Virus record (IMG/VR): IMGVR_UViG_3300033067_001238
Coordinates: 1 to 39,764 of that record
Source of the DNA: a virus
Taxonomy: Duplodnaviria > Caudoviricetes
Direction: 5' to 3' (one strand)
Length of the DNA stretch: 39,764 nucleotides
The notes beneath the pieces are model-generated. The model did not search any database. It was not told the origin of the DNA and was given only the letters and a program-made list of their open reading frames with translations. How positions within the stretch are numbered: position 1 is the first letter of the stretch; each line of letters begins with the position of its first letter. The position numbers and the translations under genes were made by a program. This document shows positions 9,904 through 16,056 of this stretch, one piece after another.

Positions 9904-11353
9904 AAGCTTCTCCCATCTCTTCCATAAACCAATCCCTTTCGCCCTTTCGTTTTAACTTTCTAGCTTCCTTCTCCGCCCATAACTCCATGGCTTCCTCAGA
10001 GTTAGGATGAATGATTAAGTCGTGCTCTCTAGCGGCGTAGTGGTAGCACATTCTCCAGGAGTACAGAGACCCGTCTGCCGCATGGTTGGCACAAGCTGAG
10101 TTTTCAACGGTCTTCTTGGTCCGGTCCAGCCTGGACTTTTCATCCCAAACTAGGTTGTTGTACTCGTCTTCCAACTCCGCACATCCGGGCATAACGAGCT
10201 TTATTCGTCCACTAATGAAGTCATTGTTCATCAGTTGTATCATTTCATATTTGCCGGTCTTATCTGCTGGCTCGAAAGGAAAACCGAAGCGGTTCTTTAG
10301 TTCGGCCACGGCTTGTTTGGCCGCTCCGTCTACTACCCACTTGTAAGGGTTGTACTTCAGGCGGACTTGGTTAAGGTGTTCGGCTACGGTGGAAAGGTCT
10401 GCTTCTTTAAGCTTGATAACCTCTACAAAGTACATGGTTGGGTCATACTCAGAGTAAGCCGAAACTACTATGGCGGTAGGGTCATTGAATCCAAGGTCCA
10501 CGCCCACGGCAAAGCTGTAGCGATTATCAGAGGGGAGGGAACTAATAGAATTCCGATAGAGGTCGTACTTGTAGCAGAGAGCGCCCGGATCGACTACCCA
10601 TTCGTTTAGGTACATCTGCCGAAAGCCGGGGGTCTGCATGATATTAGGGTTAGCAGCGATCATTCTATCGATCTGCTTTTGCATGTTTACCCTGACGTGA
10701 GGGTTATTCTGCCAACTCCATCTATGAACCGCCCAACCTGGTACATAGCCAGGATCGGATTCCTTTAACCCCGTGACTTCATAGAAATGTGTCTTAATGT
10801 TATTAACCGGGCTTCCAAGCATGGCAATTGTGCCCTGATAGTCGGCGCAAGCTGGTTGGAGCACGTCATAAATCATCTTCCGTTGGTCCTGTCTCCATGA
10901 GCCACCTTCATCAATCACCACTAAGCGATACTTTTGACCGAGGGCCTTCTCCATCTCTTCCGGCTTAGAGTCTAAGCCCATAAGGTAGATTAAAGAGTCA
11001 TTAGGGAAAGAGACGGTGAGGGTCGTTAAGTTGACCTTCATGCCAAGGGAATGGTTACGATTTATTTCAGAGAGAACGTCTTTAAGAAGGATTCTGCGAG
11101 CTTGCTCACGAGTAGTAGCGATATACAGACACGTAGCCCGAGGATACTCAATGCAAGTTGAGCAAAGATAAACACCAGCTCCACCATATGACTTACCTGA
11201 CCTTCTTGTACACTGCGCGGCCTTCTGTTTACTTGGGTCGTCTATAAAAGCTAGCTGTTCCGGAAAGCATGACTCTCGAAGCGCCTTGACCTTGGCATGC
11301 CTACGGTTATACGCCTCTAAAATCTTAAGCTGTTGGGCTCTTGTAAGCTGCAT
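9890..11353 (-). CDS. terL: Terminase large subunit
   Basis: Walker A TRRSGKS, Walker B LVVIDEG, coupling motif GSP, RNase H-like GVDLGFNDPT and HAADG; ATG at 11353 preferred over the track start 11386. Confidence 0.95.
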   Translation of the reverse strand: MQLTRAQQLKILEAYNRRHAKVKALRESCFPEQLAFIDDPSKQKAAQCTRRSGKSYGGAGVYLCSTCIEYPRATCLYIATTREQARRILLKDVLSEINRNHSLGMKVNLTTLTVSFPNDSLIYLMGLDSKPEEMEKALGQKYRLVVIDEGGSWRQDQRKMIYDVLQPACADYQGTIAMLGSPVNNIKTHFYEVTGLKESDPGYVPGWAVHRWSWQNNPHVRVNMQKQIDRMIAANPNIMQTPGFRQMYLNEWVVDPGALCYKYDLYRNSISSLPSDNRYSFAVGVDLGFNDPTAIVVSAYSEYDPTMYFVEVIKLKEADLSTVAEHLNQVRLKYNPYKWVVDGAAKQAVAELKNRFGFPFEPADKTGKYEMIQLMNNDFISGRIKLVMPGCAELEDEYNNLVWDEKSRLDRTKKTVENSACANHAADGSLYSWRMCYHYAAREHDLIIHPNSEEAMELWAEKEARKLKRKGERDWFMEEMGEAYGMH

Positions 11354-11654
11354 TCTTTGGTGGCCTTCCCCGTCTAGGAATCTCAATTAAAAGTCCATCT
11401 CCAAGGTCTTCCACTTCTGGAGAAAGCTCTTCCATGTCAAAAGTTTCTTCCTTAGGGCTTGGCCTGAAATAGTTGCAGTTATGAAGAGGAACAATAGCCG
11501 TGATTCTGTCGCCTCCTTTTTCTCTAATCACCAGATAAAGCGAATCTTCAAAGTTGAGATCGAACATATCTAGATTAAGAAATAGATGCTCTCGATTGCC
11601 TTGAGAGGTGAGTAGCCGAACGGGCTCTCGAAACCTTACATACTCAATTTTCAT
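11325..11654 (-). CDS. Hypothetical protein with C-terminal AT-hook-like RRGRPPK
   Basis: 109 aa, ATG, overlaps both neighbours. Confidence 0.6.
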   Translation of the reverse strand: MKIEYVRFREPVRLLTSQGNREHLFLNLDMFDLNFEDSLYLVIREKGGDRITAIVPLHNCNYFRPSPKEETFDMEELSPEVEDLGDGLLIEIPRRGRPPKNAAYKSPTA

Positions 11655-12060
11655 TTTTGTTTAACCATGGAATAGGAACGGGCTTACGAACTATTTTAGG
11701 CTTGTAAACGTTCACTTCGTGGGGATTAAGGTTTGAATAGGCTTGGTCTAGAATCTGACCAATCCGTTCAGGTGGTGCATTCTCAAGTTCTTCAAGAGAG
11801 GAGAACTCTAGGTTAATGTCTTTATGCTTCTTGGCCACATCAGAAGCTAGGCGTATATACTTTTCGAGGACTAAGGATTGCATACCATTAAGGCCGGTAC
11901 GCTTTGACTTTCGAATCAGGCGACCCATCTCATTAGCCATAACGGCTATACCTGAGCGAACAACCTGCAAAGGAGATAAGAAGGCTGTCTCATCAAAATC
12001 AGATGGACCATCATCCTCGTTGGCGACTGTTGGGTCTTGTTGTCCCTTATTCCGTCTCAT
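11644..12060 (-). CDS. Hypothetical protein, candidate terminase small subunit
   Basis: 138 aa, helical, GGAGG SD, two genes upstream of terL; function assigned by position only. Confidence 0.45.
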   Translation of the reverse strand: MRRNKGQQDPTVANEDDGPSDFDETAFLSPLQVVRSGIAVMANEMGRLIRKSKRTGLNGMQSLVLEKYIRLASDVAKKHKDINLEFSSLEELENAPPERIGQILDQAYSNLNPHEVNVYKPKIVRKPVPIPWLNKNEN

Positions 12061-12328
12061 GTTCCTCCATTCTCATATTGGCCCGATTCAGTTCTCGGAC
12101 AAGAGGGCTACGAGGAAAGGCAATTCCTTCTACGGTGGTTCTATAAACAGGTAAGCCACTAATGACGGCTACTTCCCACCCGCGCTGAAAGCCTAACTCG
12201 CCCATCTCCTCTACCAGTTCAGAGAACTCGGCTGGTCCAAGGAAGACACAACTAGGGGCTTCTCCGACCACGCTGGAGTGATACCCGATAGCTTCTTTCA
12301 CCGTTTCAATAATTGAGAGTGACTGCAT
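12047..12328 (-). CDS. Hypothetical protein
   Basis: ATG at 12328 with GGGAGGGG SD (track extends it to 12385). Confidence 0.55.
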   Translation of the reverse strand: MQSLSIIETVKEAIGYHSSVVGEAPSCVFLGPAEFSELVEEMGELGFQRGWEVAVISGLPVYRTTVEGIAFPRSPLVRELNRANMRMEEHETE

Positions 12329-12428
12329 CCCCTCCCTATAGACTAATCCTATAGCCAGAAAAGGCTTGAACGCTTTCGTGGGCAATAGGACCTGACAGAA
12401 TACGGAATATGTCTATGGAGAGCTTGCC

Positions 12429-12599
12429 ATGAAAAAAGCAGCAGGGAAGAAGGGGATCGGGTTCACGCCAACTGAGGAAGATGCCACTTCTAAGAATACA
12501 AAGTATGTAGAGATTCTAAAAGCGAAGCCTATCAAGGATAACGCTGGCTGGAGTGTCAGACCCGAAAATAAGAAAATCTTTGGAGATAAGGGACGATGA
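12429..12599 (+). CDS. Lys-rich micro-protein 1 (56 aa, GWSVRPEN motif)
   Basis: Not in track. GGAG SD; MKKAAGKKGIGFTPTEEDATSKNTKYVEILKAKPIKDNAGWSVRPENKKIFGDKGR; ATGA overlap with the next ORF. Confidence 0.75.
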   Translation: MKKAAGKKGIGFTPTEEDATSKNTKYVEILKAKPIKDNAGWSVRPENKKIFGDKGR

Positions 12600-12757
12600 A
12601 AGAGATAGGGGATATCAACAAACAAGCACTAGCCGCCCACAAACGGGACATCTCTGGCTATCTTAACTACTCTAAGACTTTTAGAGCTGAGAAGATAAAA
12701 GATAAGACTGGGTGGTCAGTCCGGCCTGAAAATCAAAAAGTAATGAAAGGAAAGTAA
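12596..12757 (+). CDS. Lys-rich micro-protein 2 (53 aa, paralog of 1)
   Basis: Not in track. MKEIGDINKQALAAHKRDISGYLNYSKTFRAEKIKDKTGWSVRPENQKVMKGK; shared motif uses different synonymous codons. Confidence 0.75.
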   Translation: MKEIGDINKQALAAHKRDISGYLNYSKTFRAEKIKDKTGWSVRPENQKVMKGK

Positions 12758-12758
12758 G

Positions 12759-12941
12759 ATGGGAAAGATTTATAACTACGATACTCATGGCTTCATTGGT
12801 GGCACCGTACCAGTGGTAGCTTCAGCTCATGGAACTAAAGGTAAGTTCAATAGCTCTGAGTTTAGGCCTCATGAGAAGAGCACTCCTACCGGCATGAAAG
12901 CCAAAGGTAAGAGTAAGGGCTCTAAGAAGAAGGGCTGTTAA
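12759..12941 (+). CDS. Lys-rich micro-protein 3 (60 aa)
   Basis: AAGGA SD, 1-nt gap after the previous stop, basic tail KAKGKSKGSKKKGC. Confidence 0.65.
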   Translation: MGKIYNYDTHGFIGGTVPVVASAHGTKGKFNSSEFRPHEKSTPTGMKAKGKSKGSKKKGC

Positions 12942-13182
12942 GCTTCTTTACAACCTTGTGCCCGACTCCAACCAAAAGAAGGAGTTGGGCTATCGCATAA
13001 GCAGTAGGCTGAATCACTAATGGGTATTGACCCGTAGCCGCTGCTTTAATCCAAGCATCTACCGCATCCCCTATAGCTCCTGCCGTAGTCGAATCAGACA
13101 ATCCTGGAATCTGAGAAAGGATGTAGCCTACAATCACCTTCCTTCCATTCAGCTTATCCCACACCTTACTAAGAAAGCTCAT
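12922..13182 (-). CDS. Putative holin / small membrane protein
   Basis: 86 aa, hydrophobic segments, LNGRK N-terminal pattern, basic C-terminus, near endolysin. Confidence 0.5.
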   Translation of the reverse strand: MSFLSKVWDKLNGRKVIVGYILSQIPGLSDSTTAGAIGDAVDAWIKAAATGQYPLVIQPTAYAIAQLLLLVGVGHKVVKKLNSPSS

Positions 13183-13376
13183 AGTAGTTTCTCCAATAGA
13201 GGAAGAGCCTTTAGAAAGCTGATTCCAAAATTACCGACAAGCAAAAGTATCAGTACGTTCAGTCTGTGGTTCAGGTTCTTAATCTCTAGCGCTAACTTCT
13301 CTAGCTCTACTGTCTGCGCAACAAAAACTCTCTCTTCAAGAGTGGCAAGCCTTTCATTGACTGTAGAAGGAACCAT
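13179..13376 (-). CDS. Coiled coil plus C-terminal TM protein (lysis-associated, XhlA-like architecture)
   Basis: 65 aa; ERLATLEER heptads then LNVLILLLVGNFGISFL; ATAG/ATGA-type coupling to the next gene. Confidence 0.5.
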   Translation of the reverse strand: MVPSTVNERLATLEERVFVAQTVELEKLALEIKNLNHRLNVLILLLVGNFGISFLKALPLLEKLL

Positions 13377-13389
13377 CTAAACCTAGTTC

Positions 13390-13425
13390 AAAAAACCCTC
13401 CCGCTAGTGACGGCTAACGGAAGGG
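13390..13425 (-). terminator. Rho-independent terminator
   Basis: Minus strand CCCTTCCGTTAG-CCGTCA-CTAGCGGGAGGG-TTTTTT; the G-U pairs form only on the minus strand. Confidence 0.8.
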
Positions 13426-13506
13426 CAAACCTCTAAGGCATGGGCCAAGGAGCAACCCAACCAAACTAGAACAATACTGTCAGTAGAATTTAGTCAGACA
13501 AGCGAG

Positions 13507-13875
13507 CTAAGGTTTAAAGATTCGAATGCGTCTATCAAACCTCACACCAGTATCTAGGTGAACCCATGTAGGGGTAGAGTTGCCGTCTTCCATCCAGAGC
13601 CGATACTTCTTTAAAAGCTCCGGCCTTTGGGCAATCGCCTTGTAGAGAGTGTGGTCAGGGTCTTTGAAATCTACCGCTCGCCCTAACGTGTGAAGGCTCT
13701 TCTTAGCACCACCTATTTTTGCGTTATGCTCTGGGCTCCGATAGCCCGAAGAAATGGCTGGCATGTCAACGCCTAATTCCGCTAAGAGTCCAGCAATTCT
13801 AAGGAAAAGTAGATTAGCCGCTAGTTCTAAAGGTGCAGTAGGAACAGTAGTGCCAAAGTAGTCAGGTGGGATCAT
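13507..13875 (-). CDS. Endolysin, peptidase M15 family (Zn metallopeptidase)
   Basis: SSGYRS..HN..IGGA..S.H..G.AVD and WVHLD motifs. Confidence 0.9.
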   Translation of the reverse strand: MIPPDYFGTTVPTAPLELAANLLFLRIAGLLAELGVDMPAISSGYRSPEHNAKIGGAKKSLHTLGRAVDFKDPDHTLYKAIAQRPELLKKYRLWMEDGNSTPTWVHLDTGVRFDRRIRIFKP

Positions 13876-13938
13876 GCCTCTTAACTTAACTACTTTATTG
13901 TGCTAGGGTAGGGGCTGACAAAGAAAAAGGAGAGAGGT

Positions 13939-14091
13939 ATGGAGGTTCTACTGATTGTTATAGCAGTGCTCTTAGTGGGGATATACCAAAACACCTCCAG
14001 GCCGGTAGTAGACCTAGAACAACGCAAGAAAGACCGTATTGAAAGAAACCTTAAAGACCCTAATTGCCCTCCAGATTTAATAGAGCCCTAG
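13939..14091 (+). CDS. Small membrane-anchored protein (50 aa)
   Basis: Not in track. GGAG/GAGG SD; MEVLLIVIAVLLVGIYQNTSRPVVDLEQRKKDRIERNLKDPNCPPDLIEP. Confidence 0.55.
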   Translation: MEVLLIVIAVLLVGIYQNTSRPVVDLEQRKKDRIERNLKDPNCPPDLIEP

Positions 14092-14126
14092 GCCGGACTT
14101 GAACCTACTAACTGAGCTACTAGGGC
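14081..14126 (-). ncRNA. Internally deleted tRNA-like element (acceptor stem, partial D arm, T loop, no anticodon arm)
   Basis: GCCCTAG-TA-GCTCAGTTAGTAG-GTTCAAGTCC-GGC-CTAGGGC-T-CTA: perfect 7-bp acceptor stem, TAGCTCAG A-box, GGTTCAAGTCC B-box. Confidence 0.75.
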
Positions 14127-14145
14127 AGGTCAGTCATCAATATAT

Positions 14146-14247
14146 TCAACTCCAACCCAAGTCTTTTACTTCTCGCTCATTGCGTCGCTTTGGCCACCAA
14201 TCTGCTAGGCGCTTCTCGTCTTCGTCTAAGGCCTCATCAACTCCCAC
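14146..14247 (-). CDS. Possible micro-ORF (33 aa)
   Basis: GTG after GGAGG; MGVDEALDEDEKRLADWWPKRRNEREVKDLGWS. Confidence 0.35.
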   Translation of the reverse strand: MGVDEALDEDEKRLADWWPKRRNEREVKDLGWS

Positions 14248-14456
14248 ACGTCCTCCTCTAGCTCTTCAGCCGAAGAACAGACTCCAGGCTTATAGCACAT
14301 TCCTACATTGTGACCGGCAAAGTCTCTAATCTCAGGGCCCCAGCCAGTATCTTCTACGGAGTGGTACTTCCAGCAAGGAACGTGACCAGTGTCGGTCTCT
14401 TCTACAATGTCGCCTATAGCGAGAGGGGTGCCGTAAAAGTCGGTGAGGGGGTTCAT
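14226..14456 (-). CDS. Hypothetical protein (YopX-like D..G..L..GDIV start)
   Basis: 76 aa, ATG, lies between the two tRNA-like elements. Confidence 0.5.
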   Translation of the reverse strand: MNPLTDFYGTPLAIGDIVEETDTGHVPCWKYHSVEDTGWGPEIRDFAGHNVGMCYKPGVCSSAEELEEDVWELMRP

Positions 14457-14476
14457 TCTGGTTTGGTTATTAAAGT

Positions 14477-14575
14477 AAGGACCTTAGAGTCTCGAACTCT
14501 ACCTGTCCCCTTATCTCAAACTCTCTTAAGCTTTTCAGATAAGCGGGGCCGTGCTACCGCCCACACTCAAGTCCT
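14477..14575 (-). ncRNA. tRNA-like RNA with an elongated anticodon arm
   Basis: Acceptor AGGACTT/AGGTCCT; D arm GTGT-GGGCGGTA-GCAC; T arm TAGAG-TTCGAGA-CTCTA; 4-nt variable loop; 34-nt structured segment in place of the 7-nt anticodon loop; TATAAT at 14590-14595 (minus) upstream. Confidence 0.75.
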
Positions 14576-14608
14576 TACAAAGGTAGTCTATTATAATTGT
14601 ATAGGAAT

Positions 14609-14720
14609 GGGAAGGGGTGGAGTTGGGTGAAGTGGTGGGGAGGGGGTTGGAATTTTGGGGGCGTCACAAAGGCAGCTATATTGATATCAGGGGCCCCACC
14701 CATGACCGGAGGTACCCCCC
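14609..14720. other. G-run/C-run non-coding segment, candidate packaging (pac) or terminus region
   Basis: Many G3-G5 runs on plus (14609-14661), GGGGCCCC at 14690, GGAGGTACCCCCC at 14708; at the head of the leftward late region; function inferred. Confidence 0.35.
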
Positions 14721-14723
14721 GAG

Positions 14724-14763
14724 TTATCCACAGGACCGAATGACCACTCTAGGGTGTGGATAA
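14724..14763. promoter_or_regulatory. Two perfect DnaA boxes in inverted orientation
   Basis: TTATCCACA 14724-14732 and TGTGGATAA 14755-14763, 22-bp spacer; a one-mismatch box AGTGGATAA at 15817-15825. Confidence 0.75.
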
Positions 14764-14769
14764 GTCAGC

Positions 14770-14836
14770 TGGTACGGACATTGCATAGCAATCTTGGCAC
14801 GATTCTTGTCGAGTTGGCTCTGGCACCCTCTTTGCA
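14770..14836 (+). promoter_or_regulatory. Three tandem sigma-54 (-24/-12) motifs
   Basis: TGGTAC-GGACA-TTGCA (14770), TGGCAC-GATTC-TTGTC (14795), TGGCAC-CCTCT-TTGCA (14821) versus consensus TGGCAC-N5-TTGCW. Confidence 0.7.
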
Positions 14837-14883
14837 TAGGCCCTTTCTAACTTCACGAGAATTCTGTTTCTAGTGAATTTGGG

Positions 14884-15447
14884 TCAGTCGCGGATATAGA
14901 GGCCGGTGTAGTAGTCAATAACGCCCCATCTAGACTTCTTGACCTGAGCGCTGTGCATGATTCCCCGCATAATATGTTGAGTTTCTCGGCAATATCTCAG
15001 ATTTATTGCACAAATCGTCGAATTATCGGTGGCAATGGCTCTACTTTGGCTTGTTTTATAGCGTAAAGCGAGTTTCGCCTCTCTCATTCCCTTCCCTATC
15101 ACAGCCCTCAATACTCTGTATTCCGCCCTGCTTCGCTCCTCCTGGCTTAATCTCACCACCTCCGAGCTAGGTACAGCCCTAACGTTCTCGAGGCTTAGAA
15201 ACGATTCTGGGTCATTTGGGAGGTATGCAAAGTTTGCATAGCGGACGGACCAGGTTAGGCCATAGTCATTGATCTTATATCCGAGCCTCTTGGCTTGGCT
15301 CTCGAAATGGCGAATTAGTTCCTCTTTGGGCAATCCGAAATAGGTGTGGAAATGGTCTTGGCCTTGAATGAGCTTGACTGACGGATAGGCGAGCTTGATG
15401 TAGTTGGTGAGATTGCGAAGGAGAGACTTTCTTTCTTTGGATCTCAT
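14884..15447 (-). CDS. Degenerate HNH/endonuclease VII-like protein
   Basis: G....EELIRHFESQ.....DYG..W.V......F.SLENVR resembles the phage G...EL..HLE.Q.....NYG.WHIDH...NL HNH family but lacks the DH residues. Confidence 0.5.
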   Translation of the reverse strand: MRSKERKSLLRNLTNYIKLAYPSVKLIQGQDHFHTYFGLPKEELIRHFESQAKRLGYKINDYGLTWSVRYANFAYLPNDPESFLSLENVRAVPSSEVVRLSQEERSRAEYRVLRAVIGKGMREAKLALRYKTSQSRAIATDNSTICAINLRYCRETQHIMRGIMHSAQVKKSRWGVIDYYTGLYIRD

Positions 15448-15606
15448 TTTGAAATTGGTCTGAATTGATCTAAATAGTTTCCCTATGGGTTTTCCTTTGA
15501 GGTTTTCTCCCCCCGGATCCCCCTCTTTCCTAATTCCTTTCCTTTCACCCTTCCTCCCTTTGTTCGGAGCAGCTCTTATTTTCTTAGAGAGAGAGAAAAG
15601 TAAGAG

Positions 15607-15634
15607 AAAGATCCCCTGAGACCGGGGATCTTTT
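15607..15634. terminator. Hairpin, possible bidirectional terminator
   Basis: AAAGATCCCC-TGAGACC-GGGGATCTTT-T. Confidence 0.55.
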
Positions 15635-15680
15635 GGTTCTTTAGAACCATGATCGAGATTTTATCACATTTCTTAGAATT

Positions 15681-15700
15681 ACTAGAATGATCATTCTAGT
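15681..15700. repeat. Perfect 20-bp palindrome
   Basis: ACTAGAATGATCATTCTAGT. Confidence 0.9.
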
Positions 15701-15982
15701 GAAGACCTTAACCACTTAAAAAGAAAGAAGAAAAGAAATAGCTATGTGGGTTCGTAGGGGTTTTCACGCGAGAAAATGAAATAATAGAACAGTAGTCTAT
15801 AAGCGAGGTTTGAACCAGTGGATAAGTAGGCTAGGGGTTTGAAACGGTTATGGAATATTCGAGGAATTATGCAGAAATGAATCCGCTCCGTACACCATTT
15901 TATTTTAGATCGACTTTTCGAAGCTTTTGGCTGTTTTTGTCAAGGTTTTTAAAAAAATCTGAAAAATACCTCACTTTTTTAG

Positions 15983-16011
15983 TTGCGCTTGTACAATTGT
16001 TAATGCATAGT
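15983..16011 (+). promoter_or_regulatory. Sigma-70-type early promoter with operator-like spacer
   Basis: TTGCGC-17 bp (TTGTACAATT...)-CATAGT, upstream A/T tracts; resembles the promoter at 17533. Confidence 0.55.
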
Positions 16012-16056
16012 GAGGGTGTCAGAGAGTTCTGACCAATAAATAAACAGGGGCAACAC

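Noticed and set aside
5514-12154. Short plus-strand track ORFs within the structural module (e.g. 6217, 7918, 9259, 10086, 10313, 11816)
   Set aside because: Antisense to clearly identified genes, with no motifs or convincing starts
12413-12625. Track ORF on the minus strand (70 aa)
   Set aside because: Shadow of the plus-strand micro-proteins, which have SD sites, coupling and paralogy
14081-14575. Functional decoding tRNA genes
   Set aside because: Neither element has a 7-nt anticodon loop or encoded CCA, so no isotype can be assigned
14099-14630. Plus-strand track ORFs 14099-14329 and 14310-14630
   Set aside because: Non-ATG starts and antisense to the tRNA-like elements and a better minus-strand ORF
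15224-15240. Inverted repeat TATGCAAA-G-TTTGCATA as an operator
   Set aside because: Single copy inside a coding region with no supporting context
15807-15843. CRISPR mini-array (GGTTTGAA repeat)
   Set aside because: Only two 8-bp copies, no regular spacers, no cas genes
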